Shown piece by piece: positions 42,626 to 54,306 of a stretch of 54,306 nucleotides of DNA. Positions within the stretch are counted from its first letter, which is position 1. Every line of letters starts with the position of its first letter. The notes beneath the pieces were generated by a model. That model did not search any database. It was not told where the DNA came from and was given only the letters and a program-made list of their open reading frames with translations. A program made the translations under genes and the position numbers. This DNA is from Corallochytrium limacisporum Hawaii (Eukaryota > Protista > Pluriformea), in assembly GCA_002811645.1 (NCBI GenBank), contig PDIP01000256.1:8853-63158 (forward strand), given 5' to 3'.

Positions 42626-43333
42626 TTACTCTCCAACCAATGGTTTTGGCGATAATGGGGCCTCCAGTTCATCTTCTCTTGACATGCCACCTTTTTCGTC
42701 TGTGTATACCATACCGCTGGAAAGGGCATTGATGAAGTCATCCGCAAGTTTGGTCTTCGGGATGGTGATGTTCACATCAGTGTCTGGTATCGCTTTGATG
42801 TCCAGCACAACGGCACCATCTACGTTGCTTTCAGAGATTCCTATCTCTTCGATGTCGAGTAAGGGTACTTCATGAATGTGATCTGTCTCCGCCTCTTCCA
42901 GTTCTAAGCTATGTTCGTCCCGACTGACCCGGAGAATTGAGACGCCTTCTGTCCCAGTCACTCTGCAGTTTATGCCTCTTCGCAGCAGCGGCAGCCCGTT
43001 TTCATAAAATTCCTTTTCTGAGAAAGCCTGCTCCTCGCAATCCTTGCAGCAGCGGACCCTTGTCATGTATCCCAAGCGTGGAAGTTCGGTCATCGTTTTC
43101 GAATCATCGTGGCAAACGACACGTCCACAGCGCCGGCAGTGGTGCTTTCTCCGCGTCAGCCCAAAATGTTCACCACAAATGGGGCACTTTGTGACCTCGT
43201 CATCACCCTGCCATACAGGTTCAGGGGCTCTAAAAGCAGATTCATCTTTGATGAAAACAAACCGATAGCCCCCCTTACTCTTGACCAGGCGCATCTCGCC
43301 TTCGGCCCCACGGCGTTTTGCAATGTCTGCCAT
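42626..43333 (-). CDS. ZFYVE21: FYVE zinc-finger protein ZFYVE21-like
   Basis: RLVKSKGGYRFV...EPVWQGD..CPIC..F..TRRKHHCRRCGRVVC..VRCCKDC..EKEFYENGLPLLRRG, plus a PH-like C-terminus. Confidence 0.75.
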   Translation of the reverse strand: MADIAKRRGAEGEMRLVKSKGGYRFVFIKDESAFRAPEPVWQGDDEVTKCPICGEHFGLTRRKHHCRRCGRVVCHDDSKTMTELPRLGYMTRVRCCKDCEEQAFSEKEFYENGLPLLRRGINCRVTGTEGVSILRVSRDEHSLELEEAETDHIHEVPLLDIEEIGISESNVDGAVVLDIKAIPDTDVNITIPKTKLADDFINALSSGMVYTDEKGGMSREDELEAPLSPKPLVGE

Positions 43334-44019
43334 GGTCTTGCTGCTAAACGACTGTTCCTTGATGAAACCCTATCTTCAGTCACATTGGTCACTTTCTTCA
43401 AATTTTCTAAAGTATGTTTTCGCATTAGGATCAGGAAATGGCTTGGGATTCTTTCACACCCCTGTGATGTACCTTCACGAAACCCTCAAACCTCGTCGCG
43501 AAGTTAAACGCGCCCACCGGGTGGCGCTGGGCGGGCACGTCCCACAGTAAGCGCTCACCTGGTACTTTGGCTATTGAGACAATCTCCCGCTCATATCACC
43601 GCAGAGCCTCCTCCCCTCCGGCTGTGTGCTGCACGGCTGAACCAAATATTGAGGACATTCACTATGAACGGTTCTTCCCGTGTTCGCTTTGTTCTATAGC
43701 AAAACAACTGCAGCTGGGCCAACGACCAATTTTCGCTGGCCAGCTCGGTGGAAGGGGATATAGATACAGCTGGGGTCCCTGCAATGCATTCACTGTGTGC
43801 GTTTGGACTGTGGGGGCACAACAGAGTAACCGTGATCGGCGGAAATTTCAGCCAATGGCTTTGGACGGTGATATTGACTACTTGGTGTGCGCTTTCGGGA
43901 GTACATATAGTGAGATTTCGGACAGGTATATCAGTCATGTATTGAAAGGAAGACAGTACGGTGTCACCTTTATGAGGTGTGAGATTGGCTAACAAGGGCT
44001 CAAGGAACCCGGTGGCACC

Positions 44020-45345
44020 ATGTCGGATGACGAGTTTATGCTGGAGGACGACGACGATTATGGGTTTGACTACGAGGAAGAGTCAGGATCCGAGCCGGAC
44101 GTTGATCTTGAAAATCAATACTATAGTTCAAAGGCCTTGAAGGAAACCGATCCGAAAGCAGCCATTGAGTCGTTTCTAAAAGTATTGGATCTGGAAGAGC
44201 AACGAGGAGAATGGGGCTTCAAAGCATTAAAGCAGCTGGTGAAAGTCACTTTCCAAACTGGCGATTATACATCAACTCTGAAGTACTACAAGCAACTGCT
44301 AACATACATCAAGTCGGCAGTGACACGAAACTATTCCGAGAAGAGTATCAACTCAATCCTCGACCACATTAGCACAGCACAAGACATCAGTCTCCTCCAG
44401 GACTTTTACATGACCACCCTGCAGGCAATGCAGGAGACAAAGAATGAGAGACTCTGGTTCAAGACAAATCTCAAGCTTGGCAAACTCTACTTTGACCGCG
44501 GTGACTATGTCAATCTGAGTCGCATTATCAAGGAGTTGCACAAGAGTTGTCAGACAGAGGATGGCCAGGACGATCTGAAGAAGGGCACGCAGCTGCTTGA
44601 GGTTTACGCTTTAGAGATCCAGATGCATACAGCTCGCAAGAATAACAAGAAGCTGAAAGCTTTGTATGAGAAGTCACTGCGAATCAAGAGCGCCATCCCT
44701 CATCCCATCATTATGGGTGTGATTCGAGAGTGTGGTGGCAAGATGCACATGGCCGATGGTGAATGGGAAGCTGCCCATACGGACTTTTTTGAGGCATTCA
44801 AGAATTACGATGAGTCCGGTAGCAACCGGAGAATTCAGTGCTTGAAGTATCTGGTACTTGCGAATATGCTGATGAGCTCAAGCATCAACCCGTTCGACAG
44901 TCAAGAGGCAAAGCCGTACAAGAACCACAAGGAGATCATTGCTATGACAGACCTGGTCAACGCCTACCAGCACAATGATCTCGATGACTTTGAAAAAATT
45001 CTCCGATCCAACCGCACCAGCATCATGGACGATCCCTTTATCAGGGACTACATCGAGGATCTGCTGCGCAATATCAGAACGCAGGTCTTGCTCAAGCTGA
45101 TCCAGCCGTACAGCCGTCTGTACATTCCGTACCTGGCCCAGAGCTTAAATGTCGAGGAAGACGAACTAGAAAGCCTGCTAGTTTCCCTAATATTGGATAA
45201 GAAGATTGTCGGCGCGATTGATCAAGTTGAACGGATCTTGACCATGGATCGGGAACAGAGAGATGAGGAGAAGTACGCAGCCCTTGGTAAATGGGCCGAC
45301 AAGGTAGGCATGCTCCATCGGACATGCATTAATAAGATGGTATAA
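44020..45345 (+). CDS. COPS2: COP9 signalosome subunit 2
   Basis: [14 protein letters not shown]; EWGFKALKQ; [14 protein letters not shown]; [16 protein letters not shown]; PCI domain. Confidence 0.97.
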   Translation: MSDDEFMLEDDDDYGFDYEEESGSEPDVDLENQYYSSKALKETDPKAAIESFLKVLDLEEQRGEWGFKALKQLVKVTFQTGDYTSTLKYYKQLLTYIKSAVTRNYSEKSINSILDHISTAQDISLLQDFYMTTLQAMQETKNERLWFKTNLKLGKLYFDRGDYVNLSRIIKELHKSCQTEDGQDDLKKGTQLLEVYALEIQMHTARKNNKKLKALYEKSLRIKSAIPHPIIMGVIRECGGKMHMADGEWEAAHTDFFEAFKNYDESGSNRRIQCLKYLVLANMLMSSSINPFDSQEAKPYKNHKEIIAMTDLVNAYQHNDLDDFEKILRSNRTSIMDDPFIRDYIEDLLRNIRTQVLLKLIQPYSRLYIPYLAQSLNVEEDELESLLVSLILDKKIVGAIDQVERILTMDREQRDEEKYAALGKWADKVGMLHRTCINKMV

Positions 45346-45407
45346 AATTTACGTATGTATTAGAATCTAGGAGAACTATTTGGTTTCTACATAGTGCCTT
45401 GCGAGAC

Positions 45408-45884
45408 TTAAATATCCACAATGACATAAACCTCACAAGTATCTGGCTTTTCGTGAACCTGCATGTTACTGTACGTGATAGCCTTTACCTCTGTGCCTTG
45501 AGTATGTTTTTCCAGATTGAACTCTTCACCTTTCGCCCGGACCTTCAGAGACCAGTTTGCGTTCTCAGATTCATCACCTTTGATGAATTCTACCACTTCC
45601 AGCTTCCGAGGGCACTCCAACTCCGTTGAGAAATGGAACAGCAGTTCGTCCATGAAGTTGTAAAGCAAGCTGTTGGCGTCGTGTCCGGTGACTTCGATAG
45701 TCCACTCCCTTTCTGGATCGATGTCTACCTTATCCAAGTCAGTCATGTACCCAAACATGCCCATCGCCGCCCAGCAGTATGCATCTGGGAGATCCTTACC
45801 CCACGCATGGATCTGTACATCCGCGGTGTGGTCCAAAAATTCCCACTGGGCCCAATTCGGAATGTCTTCTCCGAAATCCCCCAT
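45408..45884 (-). CDS. ZBTB8OS: Archease (RTCB tRNA-ligase activator)
   Basis: EFLDHTADVQIHAWG; GEEFNLEKHTQGTEVKAITYSNMQV; VIVDI. Confidence 0.96.
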   Translation of the reverse strand: MGDFGEDIPNWAQWEFLDHTADVQIHAWGKDLPDAYCWAAMGMFGYMTDLDKVDIDPEREWTIEVTGHDANSLLYNFMDELLFHFSTELECPRKLEVVEFIKGDESENANWSLKVRAKGEEFNLEKHTQGTEVKAITYSNMQVHEKPDTCEVYVIVDI

Positions 45885-46287
45885 TTTATTGGTTCTAGCG
45901 TATACCTCTTTTGTGGATTACTGAACAGGCATGGTATTTTCATGCCCATGGGTATGGCAGCCCTGGTTCTTCAATACCTCTATCTTGCACATGCCCTGCG
46001 GAACACGTCACGCCCTTGGCAAAGTTTACCCGCCCTGCTGCCAAGCGGGTTGAGAGGTGGCGAAGAGGTGGGTGAAGAGGAGGAAATGGCCAGAGGCGGG
46101 TTTTGGGCGTGGACGCATTTGCCGAAAATACGAGTGAAACCCCTCCCCCGGGGCGGCGGGGATTGACAGAAAGTAAATGGGCAATTTTGTGTTGCTTGCT
46201 GTGCACTGTTGTTTGATTTCTTTGGTCTGACTCTGGCGGGTATTTCTGGATTACTGGCTGTTGCTATTGCCTTCTTGGACAAGGAAA

Positions 46288-47373
46288 ATGTCAAAGAAGA
46301 AACGAAATAAAAGTGCTGCTAGTCAGCCGGGAACATCAAGCAGCATGGAGGAAGCAATTGGGCTCGGACGGTTACCTGGACTATGGATCTTTGTGTATTA
46401 TGTGCCGTCGCTGTTGCAGATCTACAGAATCTACAAGTGGTTCTATCGGCTGTTTACCGGCACGGGAGAGTTGCAAAGGCTCTTAAAGAAGGGTGAACTG
46501 ACGAGTTTTAGCAATAAGGAGGAGCTGCCATTGGGAAGGGATGCGGTTCAATTTGCCCACATCTTGACGACAATGGAGCTGTCCATCATCTTTTCCACTC
46601 AGTTGTTAGACGTCACCGAGACTGGAAGGTTACTCCAGGCCGACATGGAGCCATCAGAAGTGGCAGAAGCCGTTGGACGGTCAAAGTTGATGCACACTGC
46701 CGAAAGGACGAGGCTGGCAGAGTGGCTTGAGGTAACCCGGTGGCTGTCCTCGGACATCCACTATGCGAATACAGTTCGGAGGACAATGGTTCATCCTGAG
46801 AGCAAACGTGACTTGCATGACCTCACAATGGTGTACCAGTTGCACACAGGTAACGAAGACAAGCCCGACATCCCATCAAAAATCTGGGACAAGGTGGGGT
46901 TCCAGGGAGAGGACCCTTGTACTGATTTTAGGGGCATGGGAAGACTGGCCCTGGAACAGCTGGTCTACATTGGTGAGGTACACACAGATCGGGCACGGAG
47001 CATCTTGTCGGGATCACACCATCCCATTCACTGGTACTCCTATGCCATTACAGGCATCAATCTAACCGGTGTGGTGTTCCGTATGCTAACAGAAGGGTCA
47101 CATCCCCCTTTGAGGCCGTATATCTACGCCATCCTGGCCTATCGGAAGCAACCAAAAGGCACGGATCGTCTCTGGGCCATACATGAAGCGTACACGGACA
47201 TGTTTGAGTCCTTCCACGAATACTGGATGGCCAAGAAGCCACCGACCGTCATGCACTTTTCCGGTGTTCTGGAAGCCTATACCCGCACTGTGCGCACCCA
47301 ACTGAATGCTGGCCAGTTCCACACATTACGTATTCCACCTCAAACTCCCTACATTGATCCTCATCTAAGATGA
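46288..47373 (+). CDS. ELMO-domain protein (ELMOD1/2-like ARF-family GAP)
   Basis: WDKVGFQGEDPCTDFRGMGRLAL; WYSYAITGINLT; FHEYWMAKKPPTVMHF. ATG at 46288. Confidence 0.92.
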   Translation: MSKKKRNKSAASQPGTSSSMEEAIGLGRLPGLWIFVYYVPSLLQIYRIYKWFYRLFTGTGELQRLLKKGELTSFSNKEELPLGRDAVQFAHILTTMELSIIFSTQLLDVTETGRLLQADMEPSEVAEAVGRSKLMHTAERTRLAEWLEVTRWLSSDIHYANTVRRTMVHPESKRDLHDLTMVYQLHTGNEDKPDIPSKIWDKVGFQGEDPCTDFRGMGRLALEQLVYIGEVHTDRARSILSGSHHPIHWYSYAITGINLTGVVFRMLTEGSHPPLRPYIYAILAYRKQPKGTDRLWAIHEAYTDMFESFHEYWMAKKPPTVMHFSGVLEAYTRTVRTQLNAGQFHTLRIPPQTPYIDPHLR

Positions 47374-47543
47374 GGAGAGCCGACTTTGACGTGACATCCT
47401 AATGATTTAGAGACGTACACAAGATAAAAGGATTTCCGTGAACCCATTATTCAGTGTGATTTCTCGATTCCTTCTCGATCCCCCTTCCCCTCCTTCTTCA
47501 AACCGAGCCAGGGTCCTAAGAGAGGGGAGGGGCCAGAAAAAAA

Positions 47544-47551
47544 TTGGCGCG
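47544..47551 (+). promoter_or_regulatory. E2F-like site TTGGCGCG upstream of POLD1
   Basis: About 250 bp upstream of the POLD1 ATG, immediately after a C-to-G island. Confidence 0.4.
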
Positions 47552-47803
47552 AGAAGTACTTGCTTTACTTTTCAATACTGAACGCCCACTCTCCCATCTT
47601 CTAATATTTGGTGCTGGGTGCGTCGTGGTAGTGAATCACAGCAGGGACCCCCACAGCGGCCGCTGCCGTCTGCCCGTTTTCCTGCTTGGTCCGCAATGAG
47701 TTAAGCGGCTGTTATTTAAGTTCGGCGTTTGCGGGTGTTCAATTACTTTTGCGCCCTTGATCAAGAATAGTTTGTAGAGCCCATGGCAATTGATTAGGGA
47801 GCC

Positions 47804-50800
47804 ATGGTGGAGAAACGGGGAGGCTACAACGCCTCTCAGGGCGATCCGAAGCGCCAGAAAGGTCATGATGGGAGTGCGAAGCCTTCCGGATGGGAAGCTG
47901 AGCTGGCCAACATGGACGGTAATGACATCGATGAGTTCGATGAGGGAGTGTTGGCTGAAGCACGTCCCGATGCCATCTTCGAGTCCCGCGACGAACAGAA
48001 GCGTAAGGTTGCGCCTGCTCTGGATACAGAAAAGGATAGTCTAATTTTCCAGCAGATCGACATTGATCTTACGTCCCTGGAGCCAATTTCAAACCTTAGT
48101 GCTGTCCCACGGGCCTCTGTGAACACAGTCATCACTCTATACGGAGTTACAGAAAGCGGCCACAGTGTGGCAATGCACGTTCATGGCTTTTTACCCTACT
48201 TTTACTTCACAGCGCCTCCCGCGTTCTCAGTGTCGGACTGCGAGACCGTGAAGGTAGGATTGAATAACGCAGCAAAGGACCTGAGCGCCAGTAAGGATCC
48301 CAAAAAGGACGATTCGCCAATCATTAAAGTTGAAATGGTGACCAAACAGAGTCTCATGGGATACACTAAAACCAAGGAACGGAACTTCTTCAAAGTGACT
48401 TGCCTGAATCCGGCCATGGTGACTCGCTTGAGGGGCATTTGTGAGACCGGCTTTCATACGTCCGATAATCGGTTCATCCAGGGAGCTATTTTTGAAGGCA
48501 ATATTGAATTTATTTTGCGCTTTATGATCGATCTAGATATTGTGGGTTGTAGCTGGATCGAAATGCCTCCAGGTACATACCACATTCGCAACGAGAAGAC
48601 TCAATATGCCAAACGTACGTTATGTCAATACGAAGTCGATGTGAACTACAAGGATATTATTGCTCACGCTGCGCAAGGGGACTGGATGAAGCTGGCCCCG
48701 CTACGCATTCTATCCTTCGACATTGAGTGCAAGGGCGAAAAGAATGCCTTCCCGGATCCGGACAGAAACCCAGTGATCCAGATTGGCAACATGTGCAGCG
48801 TGCAAGGGACAAGCCGCCCATTTGTCCGTACAATCTTTACTCTCGGCAGCTGTGCTAATATTGTAGGTTCCGAAGTGCGGTCCTTCGACGACGAGAAAGA
48901 AATGCTGGAAGCATGGGCTGACTTTGTCACGCAGATTGATCCGGACATTCTGACCGGCTACAACATCATCGGATTCGATTTGCCGTACATAATCAATCGG
49001 GCTACGAAGCTGGGAGCCAAGAATGCGCTGTATCTGTCCAGGGACAAGCACAAGAAGACGGTGATCCAGCAGAAGCGCTTCAGTTCAAAGGCTTACGGTA
49101 CCAGAAATCTGAACGATATCAAAACACCAGGTCGCTGTCAGTTTGATGTGATCCAGGTGCTGCAACGAGACTACAAACTGCGTTCCTACTCACTGAACGC
49201 CGTCAGCGCAGAATTCCTGGGCGAACAGAAAGAGGACGTGCCGCATTCTATTATTGCCGACCTTCAGGACGGCAATGACAACACCCGACGTCGCCTGGCC
49301 GTGTATTGCTTAAAAGACAGTTACCTGCCATTGCGACTACTCGACAAGCTCATGTGTGTAATCAACTACATCGAAATGAGTCGTGTAACAGGTGTACCAT
49401 TCAGTTTCCTCCTCAGTCGTGGGCAGCAGATTAAGGTCGTTTCGCAGCTTTATCGCAAATGTAAGGACGTAAATATTTTGATCCCTACCGTGCGAAGTGA
49501 TCCATCCGGAGATCAGTACGAGGGTGCAACCGTCATCGAGCCACAGGCGGGCTACTATGATGTTCCCATAGCCACTCTCGACTTTGCCAGTCTATATCCG
49601 TCCATTATGCAGGCGCACAATCTGTGCTACACAACGCTTGTTGATGAGACTACCGCGAGGACACTCCCCGGCACCGACTACATCAAGACCCCGGCTGGTC
49701 ACTATTTTGTCAAGAATCACGTCCGTCAGGGTATCTTGCCTACGATTTTGACCGATTTGTTGGCTGCCCGTAAGCAGGCGAAGAAGGACCTCAAAGCCGA
49801 GACTGATCCATTTAAGAAGGCTGTGCTGGATGGTCGTCAGTTGGCCCTGAAGGTCAGCGCCAACTCAGTTTACGGTTTTACGGGTGCCACGGCCGGTCGA
49901 CTGCCCTGTCTACCCATCTCTTCATCTGTTACTTCGTTTGGTCGTCAGATGATTGACCAGACCAAGAATCATGTGGAGGCCAAGTACCCAAATTCCACCG
50001 TTGTATACGGTGATACTGACTCCGTCATGATCAACTTTGGCGAGACTGACATGGACAAGGTCTTCGAATTCGGCGAGGAAGCTGCAGAGTTCGTTAGTAG
50101 TAAATTCTTGAAGCCGATCAAGCTCGAATTTGAGAAGGTTTACTGGCCATTCTTGCTCATTTCCAAGAAGCGATACGCCGGGCTCTACTGGACGAACACC
50201 AAGAAATGGGACAAACTGGATGCGAAAGGTATCGAAACCGTTCGTCGTGACAACTGCCAGCTGGTAAAGCAGGTCATTGCCACCTGTTTGGACAAAATTC
50301 TGATTGACCGCGATGTCGATGGTGCCGTTGACTATGCCAAGCGCATCATTGCCGAATTGCTGCAGAACAAAGTCGACATCAGCCAGTTGGTTATTTCCAA
50401 GGCCCTTTCCAAATCTGCTGAGGACATGGGCAGCAAGCAAGCGCACGTTGAACTAGCTGAACGAATGCGAAAGCGCGACCCAGGTAGTGCTCCCGTTCTT
50501 GGAGATCGAGTGCCCTACGTGATCATTCGGAAGGATGCCAAGGCTCGAGCCTACGAAAAGGCAGAGGATCCCCTGTACGTGCTACAGAATAATATCCCGA
50601 TTGACACCAAGTACTACCTCGAAAACCAGCTTGCTAACCCGCTGACCCGAATTTTTGAGCCGATTCTGAGGGACAAGGTAAGCACCTTGCTGACTGGTGA
50701 TCACACTCGCAAGGTCACCATGGCCACTCCATCGGGGAACACGGGGTTGATGAAATTTGCTAAGAAGATTACGACTTGCCTGAACTGCAAGGTCCCTCTG

Positions 50801-51058
50801 AAGGCCGGAGAGCATTCCGTTTGCGCCAAGTGCAAGGACCAGGAAGGTTTCGTTTACGCCCGGGAACTGGAACACATGGGAGAGCTGGAGGCTAAGTTTG
50901 CCAACCTTTGGACTGAGTGCCAGCGGTGCCAGAACTCGCTTATCCAGGACGTCGTCTGTACCTCCAAGGACTGCCCCATATTCTACATGCGCAAGCGGGT
51001 TCAGAAGGATATGGTATCCCAGCGCCAGGTTCTGGACCGCTTTGGCGAAGTCTGGTAA
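47804..51058 (+). CDS. POLD1: DNA polymerase delta catalytic subunit
   Basis: Exo SFDIEC; LDFASLYPSIMQAHNLCY; RQLALKVSANSVYGFTGA; YGDTDS; C-terminal CysA and CysB (CQRCQ...CTSKDCPIFY). Confidence 0.98.
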   Translation: MVEKRGGYNASQGDPKRQKGHDGSAKPSGWEAELANMDGNDIDEFDEGVLAEARPDAIFESRDEQKRKVAPALDTEKDSLIFQQIDIDLTSLEPISNLSAVPRASVNTVITLYGVTESGHSVAMHVHGFLPYFYFTAPPAFSVSDCETVKVGLNNAAKDLSASKDPKKDDSPIIKVEMVTKQSLMGYTKTKERNFFKVTCLNPAMVTRLRGICETGFHTSDNRFIQGAIFEGNIEFILRFMIDLDIVGCSWIEMPPGTYHIRNEKTQYAKRTLCQYEVDVNYKDIIAHAAQGDWMKLAPLRILSFDIECKGEKNAFPDPDRNPVIQIGNMCSVQGTSRPFVRTIFTLGSCANIVGSEVRSFDDEKEMLEAWADFVTQIDPDILTGYNIIGFDLPYIINRATKLGAKNALYLSRDKHKKTVIQQKRFSSKAYGTRNLNDIKTPGRCQFDVIQVLQRDYKLRSYSLNAVSAEFLGEQKEDVPHSIIADLQDGNDNTRRRLAVYCLKDSYLPLRLLDKLMCVINYIEMSRVTGVPFSFLLSRGQQIKVVSQLYRKCKDVNILIPTVRSDPSGDQYEGATVIEPQAGYYDVPIATLDFASLYPSIMQAHNLCYTTLVDETTARTLPGTDYIKTPAGHYFVKNHVRQGILPTILTDLLAARKQAKKDLKAETDPFKKAVLDGRQLALKVSANSVYGFTGATAGRLPCLPISSSVTSFGRQMIDQTKNHVEAKYPNSTVVYGDTDSVMINFGETDMDKVFEFGEEAAEFVSSKFLKPIKLEFEKVYWPFLLISKKRYAGLYWTNTKKWDKLDAKGIETVRRDNCQLVKQVIATCLDKILIDRDVDGAVDYAKRIIAELLQNKVDISQLVISKALSKSAEDMGSKQAHVELAERMRKRDPGSAPVLGDRVPYVIIRKDAKARAYEKAEDPLYVLQNNIPIDTKYYLENQLANPLTRIFEPILRDKVSTLLTGDHTRKVTMATPSGNTGLMKFAKKITTCLNCKVPLKAGEHSVCAKCKDQEGFVYARELEHMGELEAKFANLWTECQRCQNSLIQDVVCTSKDCPIFYMRKRVQKDMVSQRQVLDRFGEVW

Positions 51059-52448
51059 GGCTTGGCTACCAACTGGAATAACGAACAGCCGAAGTGTGAT
51101 GGTCTGTGTAACCAGACACACAATCCCATACCTTCTGTTTGCCAGTATACCATGCTCTGAAGGAGATTCTCTAAGCTATCATTGCTCTTGCTTAAGTTGC
51201 CTCCACCCTCACTTTCCCTCCATTCCGCTGGTGTCTACGGTCCGCCCCTAGCGTTGCCCCTTAGTGGATGAAATATACTCTGCGTGTTCAGCGCTTTCTC
51301 CGTGACAGCAGCCGAGCTCAAAAATGGACGGGATGAGTGAGGACCGGGGCCACGCTAGGATGGTGTCCTGTAATTCACGATAAAAAGTGTGTGATGACAA
51401 CGATGTATCAACGTGTGGGTATCGTGTGCTGCACGCAAGCCGAAGAGCCCACAGTCAATGTAGTGCAGGAGGGCGCAGTGTGTACTGCTGATGAGCTCAC
51501 AAACTTTCTACGGACATCTGCCGGGGCTATCTTAGATCAATCAATAATTGCGATGTTTTGCACTTTAGTACACGCCCTGACGTGTAGTTCTTCATTCCGA
51601 TGGTGGGTTTGTGCAATCCAGGGACTTCCCATCCAGTTGCAAACATTGCCGACGGCAAACTTGACTCTAACACCCAAACGGCGATTTGGTCCGTGCAAGC
51701 TCCTACATTGGCGCCCTCGCCGAAGAGTTGCATTGGCCTGCGCTATTCTTTCGCTTGTACTGAGGGAGGGGTGGGGTCGTTCGGGCTTTAGTAGTATATA
51801 AAGGACATTTTCACACCGTTAAAAAAAACATGGTAGTGGGCAGCTAATGTGCATTTCGAAGATCTCCCACAATCTCTCGCCTTTGTCAAGAGAGACATAC
51901 AAACACACACCCTTTTCTCGGGAGGTCTTCCCTCGCTGCCTTCCCTCCTTCAATTTACTACCAGCCTAAGCCTTCCGGGGGAGGGAGGGAGGAGGAGGAG
52001 GAGGGGGGAGGGGGGGCCCGCGCTGGGCACTTTTGCTTCTCTCCCTCAAAATTCTCGTCCTTGGCGCGCCCTGCCCCGCTCTAGTGCCTTGCGCACTGGG
52101 GGACGAGGAGCATGATAAACAACACCGCATTGCAAATTGAAAAAGAGCCATGTGCGCACGCCCAGACTGTGTCCATGCCTTGCAACGAACCCGGCCGCAG
52201 GCCATACTACCTACCATTCCTCGCTACGTGAAAACAGCAGACCATGGCACCAAGGAAAAATACCGCAAGCTCTCGTCGCCGTACCTTTTGATCGGATTTG
52301 TACTTGTCCCTTTTAGAACTTTTGTGTCCATGATATAAATACTACGTCACAAACCACCGCTCATGCCCATGGTTGCGCGCCATCGTGCCGCAGATCCCTG
52401 TCAGTCTCGCGCGTCCGGGTCACACAAGCCAAGAAAAACCCTTGGCTA

Positions 52449-52516
52449 CACACCCACACCCACACCCACACCCACACCCACACCCACACCCACACCCACT
52501 CTCTCTCTCTCTCTCT
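52449..52516. repeat. Compound microsatellite (CACACC)n followed by (CT)n
   Basis: Read directly. Confidence 0.95.
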
Positions 52517-52625
52517 TGCCTTGCTTCCCAACGGCTCTTGCTAACTACTCTGCCCCCCCCCGGGGAGTCAAGGCCCTTCCTCTCCGCCTTCTCTCTTTCA
52601 GCACGGGGTAACCGAGTGCCCCTTG

Positions 52626-52696
52626 NNNNNNNNNNNNNNNNNNNNNNNNNNNNNNNNNNNNNNNNNNNNNNNNNNNNNNNNNNNNNNNNNNNNNNN
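52626..52696. other. Assembly gap (N run)
   Basis: Run of N bases. Confidence 0.99.
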
Positions 52697-52885
52697 GATC
52701 GTTAGACCCTAAGGGAGCGCGAGAGAATGACGAAAAGAGAACCGAAAAGCGAAGGCAACGCCCCCCCCTTCCCTTCCCTTCCCTTCGGCTCTCAATCATC
52801 ATCAGCTGTCTCTCTATCGCTTTGTCTTTTTTTCTATTTGCCCGCGCGGTAGATCCGCTTCGGGGCACCGGGCGATGCACACGCG

Positions 52886-52975
52886 TCCTCTACGCCAGGG
52901 GCAGTCATATAAAAACTGAACGCTACCAAACATTTCACCAAAGAAAAAAAAAGAAGGAAAAAAAAAAGAGCTGAT

Positions 52976-53038
<63 letters not shown>

Positions 53039-53128
53039 NTCCTCTACGCCAGGGGCAGTCATATAAAAACTGAACGCTACCAAACATTTCACCAAAGAAA
53101 AAAAAAGAAGGAAAAAAAAAGAGCTGAT

Positions 53129-53174
<46 letters not shown>
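52886..53174. repeat. Duplicated ~90-bp unit, each copy ending in (GA)n, separated by one N
   Basis: Copy 1 at 52886-53038, N at 53039, copy 2 at 53040-53174. Probably a scaffolding overlap. Confidence 0.85.
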
Positions 53175-53176
<2 letters not shown>

Positions 53177-54306
53177 CGCACACATACACACACGCACGCA
53201 CGCACGCATGCACACTGCTGAAGATCTTGTGATCGTTCTTGCGAAACTTCCGCAGTAGCGTAATATTGAAAGAACTGCCACTGACAAGAGCTTGGGTGTG
53301 GTGGTTGGGTGGACGCGGGAGACATTTTGTCACGGCCGTTCTTTTTTTGTTTTCGCCTTTGATCGCGGTACTGGGGTTCTGCCCTGGCTCTCATCATTTT
53401 CTCTTCGTTTCTTACGCTCGCGACACACAAAGCCCTGCTTGAGTTATTTTTTTTTTTGAAGATCCCTTTCTATGGAAATTTCAACTGAAAGAATTCCAGT
53501 GTACCGAAAAAGCACGAATAATGACACGTCCAATACGAATATGTGGTCTCAAAATCTGAGTGCAAGATCTCGGAGAGGTTGGTTGCCCCAGTTGATTTAA
53601 GGTCCGCCCGTTGCTCAAGGTACACGTATGGTGGTTAAAAAGTGAACGTGCGGCGGTTAACACGTACACAGATCGCACCAAGTTCTGGTGGAGATCCGTT
53701 TCCACATCACTTTGAACATCGCTTTTTCCGCCTTAGGTGCGCAAAAGAGAGTGCACACCTAAGGGCGTGCGGCCTATTTCTTATTACTCCGGGCATCCAT
53801 GACATCTTTGCTGAAGATCACCATTGGTCGGCCTTTTGCCCAGTATGATGAATCTGATGATGATCCGCGCGACCTCTGGGATCATTTTCAGATCCCGGGT
53901 GGATCAGATCAGGAGGCAAATGCCAATCTGCTTGATTTCTGTGAACTACAGGAGACCGACATCCGGTTCAGTGCTTTGGCCATGTGTTGCATCCTACCAT
54001 ATTTGTGAGAACACGAGCAGATGCATGTCCTTTGAATTCTGCGGGAAATTTGAAACGGCATTTTGATCTCTCAGTCTACGATGGAAACCGGGTCATCAAA
54101 ACTTTAAACAAAAAGAGGCTCCCATCTTCCGGTTCCTGAAGAAATGGGATTCCCTCTCTTCTCTCTCTCTCTCTCTCCCCCCCTCCCCCCCCGGCTATCT
54201 CGTGCGGGGTTACCCCTACCGAGAAGCCAGGTAAAAACAGTACCACCCTCTGTCTGGAAATATTGTATCGAATCTACTCATTTTGATTTGGCTCTGCCGT
54301 CGCTTG

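Noticed and set aside
43567-43995. Overlapping 134-141 aa ORFs upstream of COPS2
   Set aside because: Non-ATG starts and no recognisable family; may be another remnant, but unsupported.
47804-51058. Viral/Polinton family-B polymerase
   Set aside because: Has cellular Pol delta CysA/CysB motifs and no viral genes nearby.
52449-52499. (CACACC)n as a telomeric repeat
   Set aside because: Short, internal and continuous with a CT microsatellite.
52886-53174. Direct repeat as a mobile element or LTR
   Set aside because: The copies are separated by a single N and end in (GA)n, which is typical of a scaffolding overlap artefact.

Overview
Gene-dense eukaryotic nuclear DNA with about 28 uninterrupted (intronless) protein-coding genes. 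The gene set is animal-like: BROX with CaaX, SMIM8, SAYSD1, AIFM1, ZFYVE21, DNAJC9, ELMOD and GCNA. This suggests an intron-poor unicellular holozoan (Corallochytrium-like; inference only). Genes sit in near-perfect alternating orientation, with very short tail-to-tail gaps and head-to-head spacers carrying C-run to G-run islands. The standout is a single 1477-aa ORF (12907-17340) that fuses a complete TMEM16/anoctamin (TMEM16K/ANO10-like) to a complete extended-synaptotagmin/tricalbin module (membrane hairpin, SMP, three C2 domains). It is a candidate one-polypeptide scramblase plus lipid-transfer tether. Intergenic DNA also holds decaying gene remnants: HEATR4-like, EML5/6-like, and an ANKRD13 fragment in frame behind spastin. 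The last 2 kb is microsatellite-rich and contains an assembly gap. All family calls come from motifs recognised by eye; no database searches were run.
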